The notes beneath the pieces are model-generated. The model was not told the origin of the DNA. It made no database searches and was given only the letters and a program-made list of their open reading frames with translations. Source: the human T2T-CHM13v2.0 reference genome, Homo sapiens. From it: a stretch of 64,000 bases of DNA. Shown here piece after piece: positions 28,455-44,256 of this stretch (position 1 is its first letter; each line of letters starts with the position of its first letter). A program made the translations under genes and the position numbers. The stretch lies in NCBI RefSeq assembly GCF_009914755.1, contig NC_060925.1, one strand, 5' to 3'.

Positions 28455-28961
28455 TGTGGAAAGCTGAACAATGTCCCCCAAAGATGCCCGCATCCTAAGT
28501 CCCAGAAGCAATGAATGATGCTACATGATAAAATGAGATTAAGTTAAGATCTTGAGATGGAGAGATCATCCTGGGTTATCAAGGTGGTCCCAGCATCTGT
28601 AAAAGAGGGAGGCAAAAGGACAAAAGTCACAGAAGAAGGTGTGACAATGGATGCAAAGGCCAGAGAAAGTATATGTGTGTGTGAGAGAGAGAGGGAGAAG
28701 TGAAGATTCTATGCTGCTAGCTTTGAAAGTGGAGAATGGGGCCATGAGTCAAGGAACTCAGGTAGCTCCAGAAAGCTAGAAAAAGCAAGAAAACAGATCT
28801 CCCCTTAGATCCTCTAGATGGAATGTGTTCCACCTTGATTTTAGCTCAGTGAGACCCTTTTCCAACTCCCAACTTCCAGAACTGTAAGAAAAGAAACTTG
28901 CATTCTTTTAAGCCACTAAATTTGTGGTAATTTGTTACAGCAGCCAGAGGCAGCTAATACA
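28455..28961 (+). mobile_element. MLT1C/D-like solo LTR
   Basis: TG...CA ends, TTTAAGCCACTAAATTTGTGGTAATTTGTTACAGCAGC, and 5-bp TSD GAAGT/GAAGG. Confidence 0.82.
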
Positions 28962-30379
28962 GAAGGTTTCATCAGAGATGAGGTGACACTGGAACTGTGT
29001 TCCATCAAAGGGGACAGGTATCTAATACAGAAACTCAGGTGTTGGAAAATATTGAAATGTTTGACATGCCGGGAGGTGAAGGGGTGGAGAGATGAGAGGA
29101 GACCTGCCAAAGCCTGGGTCTTGGAGTGCCAGCTCTGTGTCAGGCTGTCTGGGGTCAACTCCAGCTTTGCTACCTTCTCTCTGAGTGCTTGGGCTCTCAG
29201 CAAATGTCAGCGAAGATTACAACTCAATTAACAGGGAGTCCGTAAAGGCTTGGCTCAGGAGGTTATCTGGCAGACTGGAAAATGGATTCTGTGTTTCTTG
29301 GCACCTCAAGTGGTGGCCTTTGTGCCATACATGCTGCTTTTTTATCAATCCTCTTAACCTCAGGTGATGTCTCTGTGTTTCAAAAACCATTCAATACAGC
29401 CATAGTTGTGAGTAAGAAGAGAACTTTGCTCCTTCCTGGCATTCCCTGGGACAGCGGCCCTGATTCGTGGGGAAGAGTTCTGTCATGTGGCACAAGCAGA
29501 GCAGAGGTCACAGACTCCTGCTTGGCACGTGACAGCTACATTGCACAACCCTGATAAAGCTGCAAAACCCATGAGGCAGATGCCTGTCATCCTACTCATA
29601 GTTCCCTCTCCCAGGCACCTGGTGCCTTCATCACATGGTCTCTGGTTCCCCACACCTCCTCACAGATCTACCCATCTCTCCTCAATCCAGGGTCCTGAGC
29701 TTTGCTTCTGTCTCCCTCACAATCAAACCCAGGACAACAGAATCCTGGGAGCTTACGGCTGGAAAAGACACTACCTTCTTTCCTCCCAGCTGAACATTTC
29801 CAAACTTTTATTCTCAGTAGCCACAGCTTCCAGGCACTTCCCTGTCCTGGCCTCTCAGATGGCTTCAATGAAATGAATCTCTCAGTGCTGCGATTCCAAG
29901 CCATTCTGGACCATGAGGTCCCACTGAGCACAAGGCTGGGTGTCAGGCATTTGGAGAAAAATGATAGGTAAGATTGAGTCCCTGTTCTTGCATGTTCACA
30001 GGTGAGTGAGTAAAAGGCAGGGAAAGAGATTTATCACCCCTTTCCAAACCATCTTTACATTGTAAATCAGGCTTTCAAACTCAAAGCAATAACTGGATCC
30101 ACCCAAAGGGTTAGGAAGGACTCCGTGACACAATTAAATGATACTCTTTAAGCAGCTAACTATGGAGCTTCTGTTTCGGGTTAACTGCAGGGCCTTCAGC
30201 TTCAGGGACCCCTTCTCCTTGCAGAGTGCAGAGGGCATAGCTTTGAGTCCATGAGAATCGTGGTGCAGCTGTCTATTAGCTCTCTGACCCTGGATGACTT
30301 AAGTTACCTCTCTGAGCTAGTTACTTCTGTAAAATGGCTGTAGTACAATGGCTTAATGTGACTAAAAGAAGACAGTGGG

Positions 30380-30677
30380 CAGCTGGGCACAGTGGCTCAC
30401 ACCTGTAAACCCAGCACTTTTGGAGGCTGAGGCGGGCGGATCACCTGAGGTCAGGAGTTCAAGACCAGCCTGGCCAACACAGTGAAACCCCATCTCTACA
30501 GAAATACAAAAATTAGCCAGGCATGACGGTGGGTGCCTGTAATCCCAGCTACTTGGGAGGCTGAGGGGGAAGAATCTTCAACCTGAGAGGCAGAGGTTGC
30601 AGTGAGCCGAGATCGTGCCATTGCACTCTAGCCTGGGTGAGAGAGCGAGACTCTCAAAAAAAAAAAAAAAAAAAAAA
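30380..30677 (+). mobile_element. AluS
   Basis: Alu consensus; TSD GAAGACA(G/A)TGGG. Confidence 0.92.
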
Positions 30678-32724
30678 GGAAGACAATGGGTAAAGTATCA
30701 GAATGGTACCAGCAGAGAGTAGGTGCTTTGTAAACGCTAGGATCAAATTCCTATACTGTGCTACAGTCAGCGAGAGCCAAACAGGACACAAGTCAGAACC
30801 TTCATTTCACTTCTTGGAAATAAGCCATAGTCCTCCCGAACGCTCTGTCTAATTGCTTATGGCCCATGTTTTAGGATATAAAAGAGAGGAAGGCTAGTAA
30901 GGATCCCCCAACCTTTTAATTTTTTTAACTGGGGGTGCAGGGGACTCCAATTAGGGCAGTGGCGCCAAGAAGGAACCACAACAGCAGGCCCCCGCGGGCT
31001 GTCCTCCTGCTGAGAGCAAAGCTCAGAAGGGCACAGTCAGCAAAGGGTTACCCTTCAGTGCAAACACCCATCCCCCACTGTCACCTCACATTAAAGGGCC
31101 AGGCACCAGAGAACAAGCCGGTCAGTGACAGCTGCTCTCATTAACGGTTTGCTCCCCCAGGTTCTCTCCCTTCTGGCCTTTACTTTTAAAAAGAAAAAAG
31201 AAAAAGAAAGCAAGGGAGAAAGCCATTAAAACAGCCAGTCCAGTAGGCTGGGATTCCCATGTCAAAGGCTGCAGGCAGTTCACACACTGCTTTCTTCGTG
31301 GTGCCCACTCTGATTGCTGCAACTCCTTCTCCCTCTTCTTGACCCCTGCACATGGAGTCAGGTGCTTCCCTGCCTGCTGAAGCCCCCTACACATGTCACT
31401 ATGACAGCCCCCACAGCATTAAGCTCCTGTGCTTGGCCTGGCTGTGAGAGGAGCAAGGATGGAATTTCCTTGGGAGGGCTGAGCCTTATTCATTCCTATA
31501 CCTTCAAGAAATAACTTCCTACAGTGTTCTCAAGAAAGGTTAGATCAACTCATTGATTCTGGCTTTTTGCTTGTTAGGCACACATTTGCTTAGTCTGAGC
31601 TAGAATCCCTGAGAGGCCTTGATAAGATAGGGAGAGTAACATATATATTACACATGGTCCCTGCCCCCAAGAACTTACAGCCTAAAAGAAGACACCCATC
31701 GACAATTTCAATCCAGAGTGTTAAGTGCTGTTACAGAGGAGCTGGGGAGAGGCTGCATAGTGAGACATAAGCCTGCAACCAGGCTCAGAAACCAGGAAAG
31801 GATAAGAAGCTGGTTTAGATCTCTCTATTGTTCATAATTCTTACTGTGAATGAGCAAGGATAATACTAACAACAATACAACCTACATGTGTGGTGCTTAA
31901 ATATCCAGCCATTATTGTACTCTGGGATTCCTGCTGGGCTGGGGTGAGCTCCCCTCAGTAGGGCCCAGGAAGTCACAATATCAAAGTAGGTGCTCAGTCA
32001 TGTTCGCTGAATAAGCCCCTCAAAACTCTTAGCAGGCAGGAAAAGCAGTGCCTACAGATGGAGGCTCAGAGAAGTGCAATGCCTTCTCCCACCTTCACCT
32101 GGAGTCAGAGATGAAGTATGTGAAAAGGTAACCCATTCATTTGGGGCAAATCAGTATGTGGTCCATCCCAAGTTATCCCTAGGAAGTCTGTGACTCGATG
32201 TACGAGGGCCTCAGGCTGAGAGAGGGCTCAGCCTTCAGATAACCTCCTCTTCTCCAATGAACACTGAGTTTAGGGTCTGTGTGAGTCACTCCCAAGGTCA
32301 CAGAGGGAAGAGGAGGCATTTTCCAAGAAGCGGAGAAGTCCCATTGCGTACTGTGTCCACCAAAACAGCATGTGAGCACTCGAGTCAGGAGACTTAGATC
32401 TTGCTACTAGGTCAACAGACTTAGCATGACACTAAGCATGACCTGCTGACACATGACCTTGGGTAAGTTTCTTCCCTAAATTTCCTCATCTATAACATGA
32501 GCAAGTTGGACAATATCTCAGCTCTCTTCCAATTGCAACATTCTACGAGCCCAAAACCTCTGTATTTACAGAGATTTACAGACCCTATCAGATCAAAACT
32601 CACAGGCTGGGAAGAAGCAGGAATTATTCTCATTTTACTGAAGGAGTCCTAAGGCCTAAGGCCTAAGGCCAGGTGACTCTTCAGACACCAAGCAGAGGAC
32701 AGGAACGAGGGCTCTCTAGCTTTA

Positions 32725-33006
<282 letters not shown>

Positions 33007-33153
33007 TTAAGTGACTCCCCACTCACATGCACTATAACCCCAGGTGACACACACTACATTTCTACGAACAGGGATCATCTGGACCTTGGGTGGCATGTTG
33101 TAGATACAGCAATTTGAACATGACCTCAAGCCAGTTATTTAAATGCTGAGCCT

Positions 33154-33478
33154 GGCTAGGCACGGTGGCTCACGTCTGTAATCCCAGCACTTCGTGTGGC
33201 TGAGGTGGGCAGATCACCTGAGGTCAGGTGTTTGAGACCAGTCTGGCCAACATAGTGAAACCTCATCTGTAATAAAAATACAAAAATTATCTGGGTGTGA
33301 TGGCATGTGCCTATAGTCCCAGCTACTCAGGAGGCTGAGGCAGGAAAATCACTTGAACCCAGGAGGCGGAGGTCGCAGTGAGCCGAGATCGCACCACTGC
33401 AGTTCGGTCTGGGCAACAGAGTGAGACTCTGCCTCAAAAAAATAAATAAGTAAGTAAGTAAGTAAATAAATAAATAAA
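33154..33478 (+). mobile_element. AluS with (TAAG)n(TAAA)n tail
   Basis: Alu consensus; TSD TAAATGCTGAG. Confidence 0.92.
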
Positions 33479-36400
33479 TGCTGAGTCTTAGTTCTCACAC
33501 TAAAAAATAGGAAAAATAGAGTTTATCTAGGGAGATAAACCAGGGAAAGCTGAGCAATATAATATATGTAAATGGCCTTAGCACACTGCCACATAGTAGG
33601 AACGTAATAAATGATAGTTTCCTTTTATCTTCCTCTTGACTGAAACTAATAATTAAAGAGCAGTAACCAGGGCTTGTAAAGGTTTCTTTTTTTACAATTG
33701 ATGACAACTTACTTAACACATTTGTGTATTTCCCTGGGGATTACGGCTATATAATCCCTACACTACCTGGTGTCAGCACGGAAATTAAATATGCAATGAT
33801 AAGAGGAAGTTATTATATCCCCAATGAGATGCTTCTGCTTCAGAAGAAAGCAACTCTATCAAGGACACATTTCTAAGTCACCACTTGGAACTATGGATAT
33901 TGAATGAGAATATAAGGAAACAATAAACCAACGAGACAATGCCAGGGAATTTTCAAATAGAAGTTGACAGACACTAGACAGGGTGGAGTAGAAGAGTAAC
34001 CTGAAGAAAAATGGAAGATTAAAAAAAAAACCACCTCTAGCTGAAGCAAAGTAGTTGAAATGACGTCAACTGGGCATTGTCCCCTCAGAGTTATCTTGCT
34101 GCAGTTTCCGTTCTAACCTCTGGGCACAACCTATTCCCAGGTTCCTGTGGGAACTTGGGAAATGAGGGGGAAGAGGCAAGTGGACAAGAGGAACTTCCGA
34201 CTACAAATCAAAGCACTTGGAGAGGCAGGAGAAGGGAAGAGAGCGGAGGGGAGGTGGCTGATGGCCTAAAGATAGACCTGTGGCAGTGCTGAAGACATGA
34301 GTTTGTCCTTCCTGGGACAGATGGACACCTTCCTTCGGTGGCAAGAAAAGAGCAAGCCAGTGGCCAGTCTTGATGAGACAGAAGAGTGGAAGATCCCAGA
34401 ATCATTCTTAGCCATAAGTGTCTAGGACTGAATCCTCAACTACGTGGAACACTATTTCAAATAAGCAGACATGGAAGACAGCAGACTACTTTATAATCAT
34501 TTTGAAATTATAAAAATGTATTATTGGAAAAACTTAAGAGGAAAAAATAAGAATACTGACAAAAAAGATCACACTGAGGCCGTTGCCTGCTAAACAAGGG
34601 ATAAAAACAATGGTTTTCTCATATATAAATAATAACCAGTTAAAAATGTAAAAGAAGATAGCATAGAGCCTTTATGGAATAAAGGAGGTAAAGGACAATT
34701 TGAAGAGACAGAGAGGGAGAATTTTACTTAGAACACTAAACTTTTAAATTCAGAAGTTGATATGTAAATACTATTAGATTGCCATGGACATCCGAAAAAG
34801 ATGTGGGGAAAAAATTATTCTAAAGATAATCTAAAAGACCAAATCTGTGGTACTAGGCAAAATAAATAAATAAATAAATACGTTAAATTAAATTTAAAAA
34901 AAAAGAAAAAAGCTAGGCACTATGAAAAGTGCTAAAGACAAAGAAAAATGAGGATTTATAAATCCTGACATATAGAGCAGACAGTTGAGGGATACAAGAA
35001 AATAAATAAGTATACTAATGTGTTTTATAGGAGCTATGAAAGAAGTTAGAGGCTGGGGTCAATTACTATTTGGAAGGGATACTTGACCAGAATCCTAAAG
35101 GTGAATGAGTATTTGCTGGGTTTAAGGGGGCAGGAGTGGGGGATATATATTCCAGGCAGAGGGGTGGCTCAGAGGCCTTCCACAGAAGTTCCCCAAAACT
35201 TCAAATAGTTCAGTATAGCTGGAGAAGAGGGTGTTGGGGAAGGTGGGTGAGCAGTGGTGAGAAATAGGGCTGCAGAGACAAGGAGGGCCTAGTTCACGAA
35301 GGGCTTTCAGTGTCAAACTAAGCAACCCAGACCTTATTTTGGAGGCCAGTCTTTCCCAAACCATATTCCACTGAATATTAAGGGTTTCTTCAAAAAAGAT
35401 AGGTGAATGTTCTATACTAAATCCTTATTTTTGTCAATTATCATGCTTATAAGATTACTAAAGCCTCTGAGAAGTCCTGAAGGAAAGAATACTTATTTGA
35501 CCTTTAATCACTATTTTCAGAGAACATCTACCTATTTGAATCACAATTGGAAAATATTACTGTAAGCAATGGTGAAAAATTAAATGATTTCATGCAAAGC
35601 ACTGAGTACCACACTCTCAGTGCTTTTCAAGAGCTCTAGGCAAGACTGGGTCACTATAGGCAATACCAAAGTCAGTGAATTGGAGCTATATAGGCCAAAG
35701 ACTACTCCCTTAATGACCTACCAGTGGATGAAAATATGCCTCCTTTTGGAAATGGGGATGAAGACGGTGTTAGTCTAGCTCCAACTCAACACAAGTCTTC
35801 AGGACAATGGCAAATTCAAGAACAAGGAATCATCCACTTGCAGTGTACTCAGTATGTTTGGCCTTCCCTCAGCTATTCTTGGCAGTGGACAAGGGTGGGG
35901 TGCATAACAGACAGAGCACAGATTTTAATCAGGAAAACCTCCCTGAGCCTCCATTTTCTCACATATAAAATAAGTGTAGCAACCACTCTCTTAGAGGCTG
36001 TGGTCCAGGTTGGTTGATAATGTAGATCAAGAGGATAGCATGAAATACTACTCAACAAATAGGTGATTTTATTCTTTAATCACATTTCTTAATTTGGAGT
36101 GGCAAGATTTTCTAAATTCCCTTGCTGAAAAATCTGTAGGTCCTCGGAAAATGCTTGTTACGAGTCCTTCAACCATTCCCCCTGCCCCTGCATGCAGGCT
36201 TAGATCACAAGCCTTGGAAATCAAGGGTGGGGCAGAGGAAGGGCGTGTTTCCCAACCGGACAAAGCCCACATCTCCCCTTCCCCTGATTCAGATACTTAA
36301 GGTTGGAGCTTAATACAAGAAAAAAATAAATACACCATAAGAATTTGAGAAGAGAGGAAGAGACCAGTCATCAGAATAGCTCCAGAAAGGAAGGGAGTGC

Positions 36401-39400
36401 TTATGAATGAGAAAGGAGTAGGGAGCCAAGGGAAAAGAACGCCTTTGGGAAGCAGTCAGTCAGACATCACAGTAAGCAGATGAGAGCTTGTTCCCTGATA
36501 TCCATCAGTTAACTAACACATTTATGGAGGAATGCCTCAAGGTCAGCACTGATCCTGGTGTCTGCAGCAGGGGATTTTGGGGAAAGCAGTGCAATAGTAA
36601 AGTGCATTTTGGGGTACAATAGCCCTGATTCCAGTCCTGGCTCTGTCACTTACTAAGTGGGTGGTCAGTTTACTTCTATAAGCCTCAGTCTCCTTCTCTG
36701 TAAAATAGGTAGAACAGTACTATCTCCTTCTCTGGGTTGCCAGGATCAAAGGAGATGACATGGAAAGGAACCTGTCCGGCACAGGACGGGCACTCAGGAT
36801 ACTTTTCAGAAATCCAGGTTACCTTTCTGCCCTGGTGAATGACATTTACTCAATGACTGTGGCAATTTCACCAAAACAAGTAAGTTTTGGTGAAACTTAA
36901 AGAAGAGTCGAGAATGAGATTGCACAATGACTTTCCATCCAGTGGCTACATCTGATATGAGAAAAAAGCCGGTAGCAACAGGCTTTGGGATTGATGAAAG
37001 GATACGATGACCTTCTCCATCCCACTCCAATTTCACTGCTGTCAAATGGATTGGATTTTGCCAGTGTAGAACCCAGTTCACACAAGCCACTCCAGGCCAC
37101 AGGTTTGGGCCTCACTAGGATCAGTGAGTACATTCTGGAGCCTGGGGACAAGTAACTCTGGAGGCTCCATTTATTCCCACTCCACAGAAGACAGGTACAA
37201 CTTATTCAAGAAAGGAAGTCAAACCCTGCTGATAGATGATGTCATCCCCCTATTCTAGACCAAAACACACTTTCCCAGATCAGAATACCCAGAGGGGCTT
37301 TAGTAAAGTCCTAGGTGCCCTGAAAGGGTAAGTAGAGCTGGACAAAACCTGAAAGTCTAATCATCTTGACCTCTTCTAGTCTACTGCTGACATTCTGGCT
37401 TATCTGCATTCACTTCCTCATCTGCATGAAGGCCTCTGGGCTAGAGAATCAGCCCTCTGAAACTACTTCCCAAGCCCCACAATGACACCGCAGAAAGTGA
37501 TTTGCAGCCACAGCAACTAGATTGGAACCTTTTCTCTGCTACGTACAGCTTGTATATAATCTTAAAGGCCTTTTCTTGTATTAAGATTTCGCTTTCCGTT
37601 GCTAAAAAAAAAAAAAAAAATTGCTGATTGTGGATATGAGAAAAAGAAAGATGTATGTCTGTTTCCCATACCCCAAAATGATGTATGTAAGGCCCTGGCA
37701 TGTAGAACTCACTCTGTCAGTGCAGTTCTCTTCTCCTTCTTTGTCCTACCTTCAGAACTAGGGTCTTGTGGAATTCCAACAAAACCTCCTTAGAAAGGTC
37801 CGACTGAACTTGAGGCTGTTCCTCTGGTCTGAACCAGCAGAGTCAGATGAGTGTGTGAGTCACATTCGTTCTTGCTAAGTCATTTGTGTTTCATTACATG
37901 ATTTGCATACTGGTGGAACAGGTCTGTACTGTCCTCTCACTTCATTTCCATTGCTCTTGGGACAGCTCCGCTAAGAGTGAAAAGAAGGCTTTTGTCCTTC
38001 CTTAGGTCCCTGCCTACCCTCTTCCTGGAAGCCAGTCCAGACCACTGACACCCAGTGAGAAACTTTCTCCCTTCTCTAATTTCCTCTATGGCTTTCACTG
38101 GGCTCTGGTTCATGTGCCTGGTGGGTAGCTTGCAAACATATTGTAGAATCTCTCTGGAATGTTCTTTAACTACTTTCAGGACAAAAGAATTTTCGATTGA
38201 CTTTTCCTTTAGAAGAAAATCCTATCTTATCTTCTGTCACTATCAGAGGGAGGAAAGAAAACCACCATTTTGCTGAGCATTGGTGTAGCCCCTGGGCCAG
38301 TAGTGCTTTAAATTACATTACCTGCAATTGTCACAATAATCCTGTTAGGTGGATACCACTGTGCCCATTCTACAGATGAAGAAATCAAGGCTAAAAGAAG
38401 CCACAGTACTTGCTCAAGGTAACCAAGAGATATGATGTACATTGAGTATATTTGCCTCTTTCTGAGTCTGTGCTCTAAGCACAGAACCGCCTGGCTTCCT
38501 TAGGGAATTACTGCTTCACATAAAGTCTTAGTCTTTTTATACTGGACCTCTGTCTTTGGAGAAAAGAGGCAGTTTGAGGGCAAAACACCAAAGGACAACC
38601 TCCAGGGGACATTTAGAACTTCAGACTCCTCTAATTCACCTGCACACACTTCCATCAACCTCCACATTTGAAACACAAGCGTACAGCTTTTGTAAGAGTT
38701 ACAGTGGAATAATCTCTGACCTGATCTGAAGCTGAAGGGAGCCTAAGAGCTGACTCATTATACCTCATAGCAGAGGTGAGGGCCACTTCCATCCCCTGAG
38801 TCCACCCCTAAGCAGAGAATGCATCCAGCTGTTTGGCCACTATTTACTTCTCTGGCTTTCCACACAAAATTATGAGCTCTTTTGGTGTCCCCAGGCACTC
38901 ACACAGGGTCTGTCACAGAAGAGGTACTCAGAAATAGATGGATGTGTGGTGGGGTGAGTGAATGATATAGGGAGAAAAAAGAGGAAAAACATCTGGTACA
39001 GATTCCCCTTGGAAACAACAATCTTGCTCCCCAAAGGAGTTTCTACAGCTGCTCCCAGGATCTGTGGGTACACCTCGTGGGCATACCAGACCCTAGGCTC
39101 CAGGGCGCCATACATGCTGAACAAAACCTCAATGGCTAACAAGCACAGCCCAGAGAAAGGGCTGTCAGAGCACAGCCACTTCCATTTCCTTGGCACCCAA
39201 CAAACCCTCTGACACACAAACAGTTCTCCTGGGACAGCACAGTAAAGGGTCAATAGGGAGAGAGCTCAGCAAAGAGGGAGCAAAGACTTTCCCTACATTA
39301 CACAGGCCCTTAGCAATCTATCAAGTCCGTGATGAGGAGACAAAAAAAGTTCTGATCAGAATGGAAAGGCGGATGGCCCGAGTGTCAGAAGACCTGAAAT

Positions 39401-39534
39401 TCATTCATTCATTCATCTATCAAATATTTATTGCACACTTACTAGGTATCAGGCATTATTTTGGGAAGTAGGATATAGTAGTGAATGAAGAGACCAAAAA
39501 ATCTCTCCCCCGGGGAATTTACAGCCTTTTTTAA

Positions 39535-39672
39535 TCATTTATATATATATATATATATAGACAGGGTCTCACTATGTTGCCCAGGCTGATCCTGAACTCC
39601 TGGGCTCAAGCAATTCTCCTGCCTTGGCCTCCCAAAGTGCTGAGATTACAGGCATGAACAACTGCACCCAGC
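39535..39672 (-). mobile_element. FLAM/Alu monomer with (AT)n tail
   Basis: Single left-monomer consensus; (AT)n at ~39540-39559. Confidence 0.8.
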
Positions 39673-41405
39673 CAGAATTTATAATTTAGTTGGAAGAAAC
39701 AAAAAAGCAAGTAAGTATGTAGTATGTCAGATGGTGAGACGTAAGGCTGCAAAGGGGCATAGGGAGAACAGTGTCAGAGGAGGGGGTTGTCATTCTAAAC
39801 AGGGTAGTCAGGAAAGGCTTCTAAAGAAGGTGGGTGGGGGCAAGGTGCAGATTTCGGGGTGGGGTGCGGGGAGAACAGCAGCTAAGGAAAGGCCTTGACA
39901 CAAAGTGGCTGCCTAATGCACCTGCAAAATGAGGAGCTGGGACTGATCCCAAAGGTATTTTCCACTCTCAAGCGTGCCCTCCATTCCCTGGTTCCTAGCA
40001 GCCATCCAAGCTGTACTGAACTGAATACCTGCAGTTCTCCAAATCACCTCCTCCTTTTCACCTTCACACATGTAGTTCTTCCAGTCTCCTCTATCTTCAT
40101 GTGACTAACTACCTCTACTGCCACTCTCTGCTCCAGGTGAGCCTAGGGGTCATAATTCTGAGAGTCCGTAATATAACCTACATATCCCCTTGCCCCTGAG
40201 GGACAATGTATCAGACTATTATCATTGTGTACTGTTTCTCTAGACTAAATTATGCAAGGGCTGTAACCATCTCCCCATTCCCACTCCTAGCTGGTGCTTG
40301 GTGCATCATAGTCCCTCACTAAGCATATACCAAATGCTCAATGTTGGATGCACAGGTGAGTTCCTTAAGGGCAGGGCTCAGCACAACACAGCAGACATTC
40401 AGCTGCATGAATTGGTGTCTGCCCTGGTGTTGACATTTTATCCAGATAGCATGTCATCCTCAGTCTCCGACCATGGAGGTGCAGGGTCAATACAGACGTG
40501 GTCCTCTGGGGTTCAGGCCAGGGCTCAGAGGTATAAAGCATACTTTGTGCTTATATATGCTGTGGGTTTGTTTTTTTTTTTTTAATTAGAACTTGCATTA
40601 ATCTCTAACAAGCCTTAACCTCACCCTTAAGCTTCTGTGTGCAGGATAATTTGGTGTTTGGGGCATGGTTTTTCCAAGCTCATCATTTGGCAAAATTTAT
40701 TCATTGACCTAACATGAAGTGCCCTTAAAGTTATGGAGCCTCTAGAAGTGGCTGCTGTGAAAAGCCTGGAGTGGAGCTGGCTGGTGCTTCCGGTCTGCCA
40801 TTCTCTGAACTCGATGGTAATGTAGGCCTAAGTTTGTCTTGATGGCTCCCCATCTTCCTTTTTAGCACTTAGGGCAGTTCAAACTTTTTTCAAATAGAGC
40901 CATTGTGATTGAGAGATAAATAGACAGGCCATCTCATCCCACTCTTTCATCTGACAGATGGGGAAAGTGGGGTCCAGAGAGGAAAAGTGGCAACAACTCT
41001 GCAAAATAGACATGATCACTTCCACTTTCCAGATGAGTATGCTGAGGCTCTAAAGCTATGTAACCCACTCATGGCTTCAGAGCTGGTCATGGATACAGCC
41101 AGATTTGATTCCACATCTGCTTGATTCTAAAGACAAAACTGTCAGTGCTAAACCTGGCTGACCCAAATGTGATTCTCCCCAACACCCCAGGGAAGCTATG
41201 AATCACAGGCTGCATGAACAAAAAAACAGCACTGGGTACACCGGGGAGTCCAGTCTCTTTGCCCAACTCCAGAACTTCCTGCAGCTCAACATAAAAGCCC
41301 TGGGGGAGGGTCTAAGGGCTTCTCGGACTGACTGCAGAGTTTCCCACCTCCTCTGGTGGGCCGAAATTGTGTCCTTTCAATTTTCTTTAGAAAGTTTTGC
41401 AAATC

Positions 41406-42091
<686 letters not shown>

Positions 42092-42390
42092 AGAAAGTTT
42101 TGCAGATCAGATGTTACAAGAGCTGGGATTTCTCTGTAATATCACATAAACACATGCCCTGGCAGAGAGTGCTGTCCTCACTTTTTGACCCTTATCTTCA
42201 CAGGTTGTTTTAGGGCAAGATAACCTTAGAGCTAAAAATAGAGCTGTGTATATATATGTTGTATATGTGAGTTGTGAGTGTTGAATGTGTGTTTGTGCAA
42301 GAGTTCTGAAGAGCGTATGTGCACAGTGGGGTGGGAGGTGGGGGATATAATAACATGCTGAGGAGAGGATGGATTAAGGAGGCTCTCCTT

Positions 42391-42519
42391 CTTTTATTTT
42401 TTTAAAGAGACAGGGTCTCCCTGTGCTGTCCAGACTTGTCTCAAACTGCTGGCCTCAAGGGATCCTCTTATCTTGGCCTCTTAAGTGCCGAGATTACAGG
42501 TATAAGCCACCATCCAGCC
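42391..42519 (-). mobile_element. FLAM/Alu monomer
   Basis: Monomer consensus; TSD AAGGAGGCTCTCCT on both sides. Confidence 0.8.
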
Positions 42520-44256
42520 AAAGGAGGCTCTCCTCCCTCCCTCTCTCTTCCTTTCCTCTCTCCCTTTTCTCTTCCTTCCCTCTTTCTCTTCCTTCCTTCC
42601 AGCAATATGGAAGCACTACAACTTTTTCCTCCCTCTGAGGGATGCAAATAAACCTTCAATCAAAATATACCTCTCACCCATCATCCCCACAGAGATCTCT
42701 AGATGGTAAGGAGGTAATTGGAGTTGGGGACCGGAGGGAGGGGACATCTCAACCATCAAAGCAAAAGGAGACAGGTCTCCTTCAGGCAAAATTTAAGTTA
42801 GGGTTAAGAGGTAATATTCCTTAAGTTCAACCTGAAGAGGTCTGGTTTTTGTTTGTTTTGAGTTTTGTAGCACAGTACAATGAAAAGAACATAAAACAAT
42901 GCTGGAGTCTGGCCTGCAAATACCTTTTCTGCCTCTGACTGATGGTAGAACTTTTGTTACTGAACTTCTTAGATTCAAATTGGATAGGATAATCAAAATG
43001 CACCTCATCAGGTCACTGAGAAGCAAATGTCACAGAGTAAGTAGATATGGTGCCTGGCACACAGAAGGCATCCAAAGTGTGTCAGCATCTTCACCTGCTG
43101 CGCAGCTGTGAAGGCTACAGTGCACAGTGCTGGCTTCAAAACAATCCAGTATTTTTCATTTGGAATAAAATGAAGGGATATGAAAAAAATGAACACATAC
43201 CCAGTTCCTCTAAGCACTTTTATAAAACATCGAAATTACATTTTTAAAATTGTTTCCAGCCCTGGGTAAAATACACAAAGGGAGCAGGAACCTAAATATC
43301 TTTGCTAAATTTTCCTTTCTAAGAGCAAAACAAAAAAAAAGATGAAGAATGGAGGGAAGTGCTATTCATGAACACATAAAATCCATGTTTAATGTTGTCA
43401 TAAGTTGGGGCTCATCTTTCAGCTCTGCATCCTCGGTAATGGGAAGCCAATGTTGGCTTAGTTTAGAGGCCTCTAAACTTAGAAAGGATTGGGGGGAAAA
43501 ATAAATAAATAAAACAAACTTTCTGCTGTTTTTCCCAATTCCTAATTGTGCTTTTTCAATAAGTTGAAATCAAAATGTTCTTTTTTCAAACAGCTTGTGC
43601 TCCTCTGAGCTATGTCTGACCTCTTAGCACCTTCTCGCTCTGAATTCTATCAAAGCGGCTGAAAGCAGGAAGTGCCTTGGCACACACGGACCTCATTCAA
43701 GGGGAAAGGCAAGGCAGGGAAACCCACATGTAACTGACAAAGAAAAACAGACCAGCCCTCTGTCTGTCCAGCAGCTGGAGGCAAGCAGGGCACTTCACCT
43801 GCATTACCCAACCGTCTCCAGGAAATCAGAGCAGACACGGCCATGAGAAGAGCATGGGAATCAAATCATGGTTCTACTACTGGTTGAAGGAACTCAAACA
43901 TGCTGCTTATCCTCTCTGGGCCTTGGTCTGTGGATTTGAGAAATGGGGCATGGATTTTATACTTCACAGTGTTGTTATGAAGTCATGCGTCCTCATGGAG
44001 CAGAAGTATTTTGCAAAACTCAAAATTATTCTAAATACTTAGGTAATGATGATCCTTAAAGCCCTTCCATCCGTAGAATATAGAGGACTGACATGGTGAA
44101 CGTTGCAAAAAAATTTATCAGAAGGCTTGGGCTTGAGCAACAGTCCTGCTGTTACGTACATTTTGGCAGTTCACTTTAATTTTCTGAGACTTACTTAGCA
44201 ATCTTTTCCCACCATAGATTTTCAGAAAACAGTGTTTGTACCCTAAAATGTTATAT

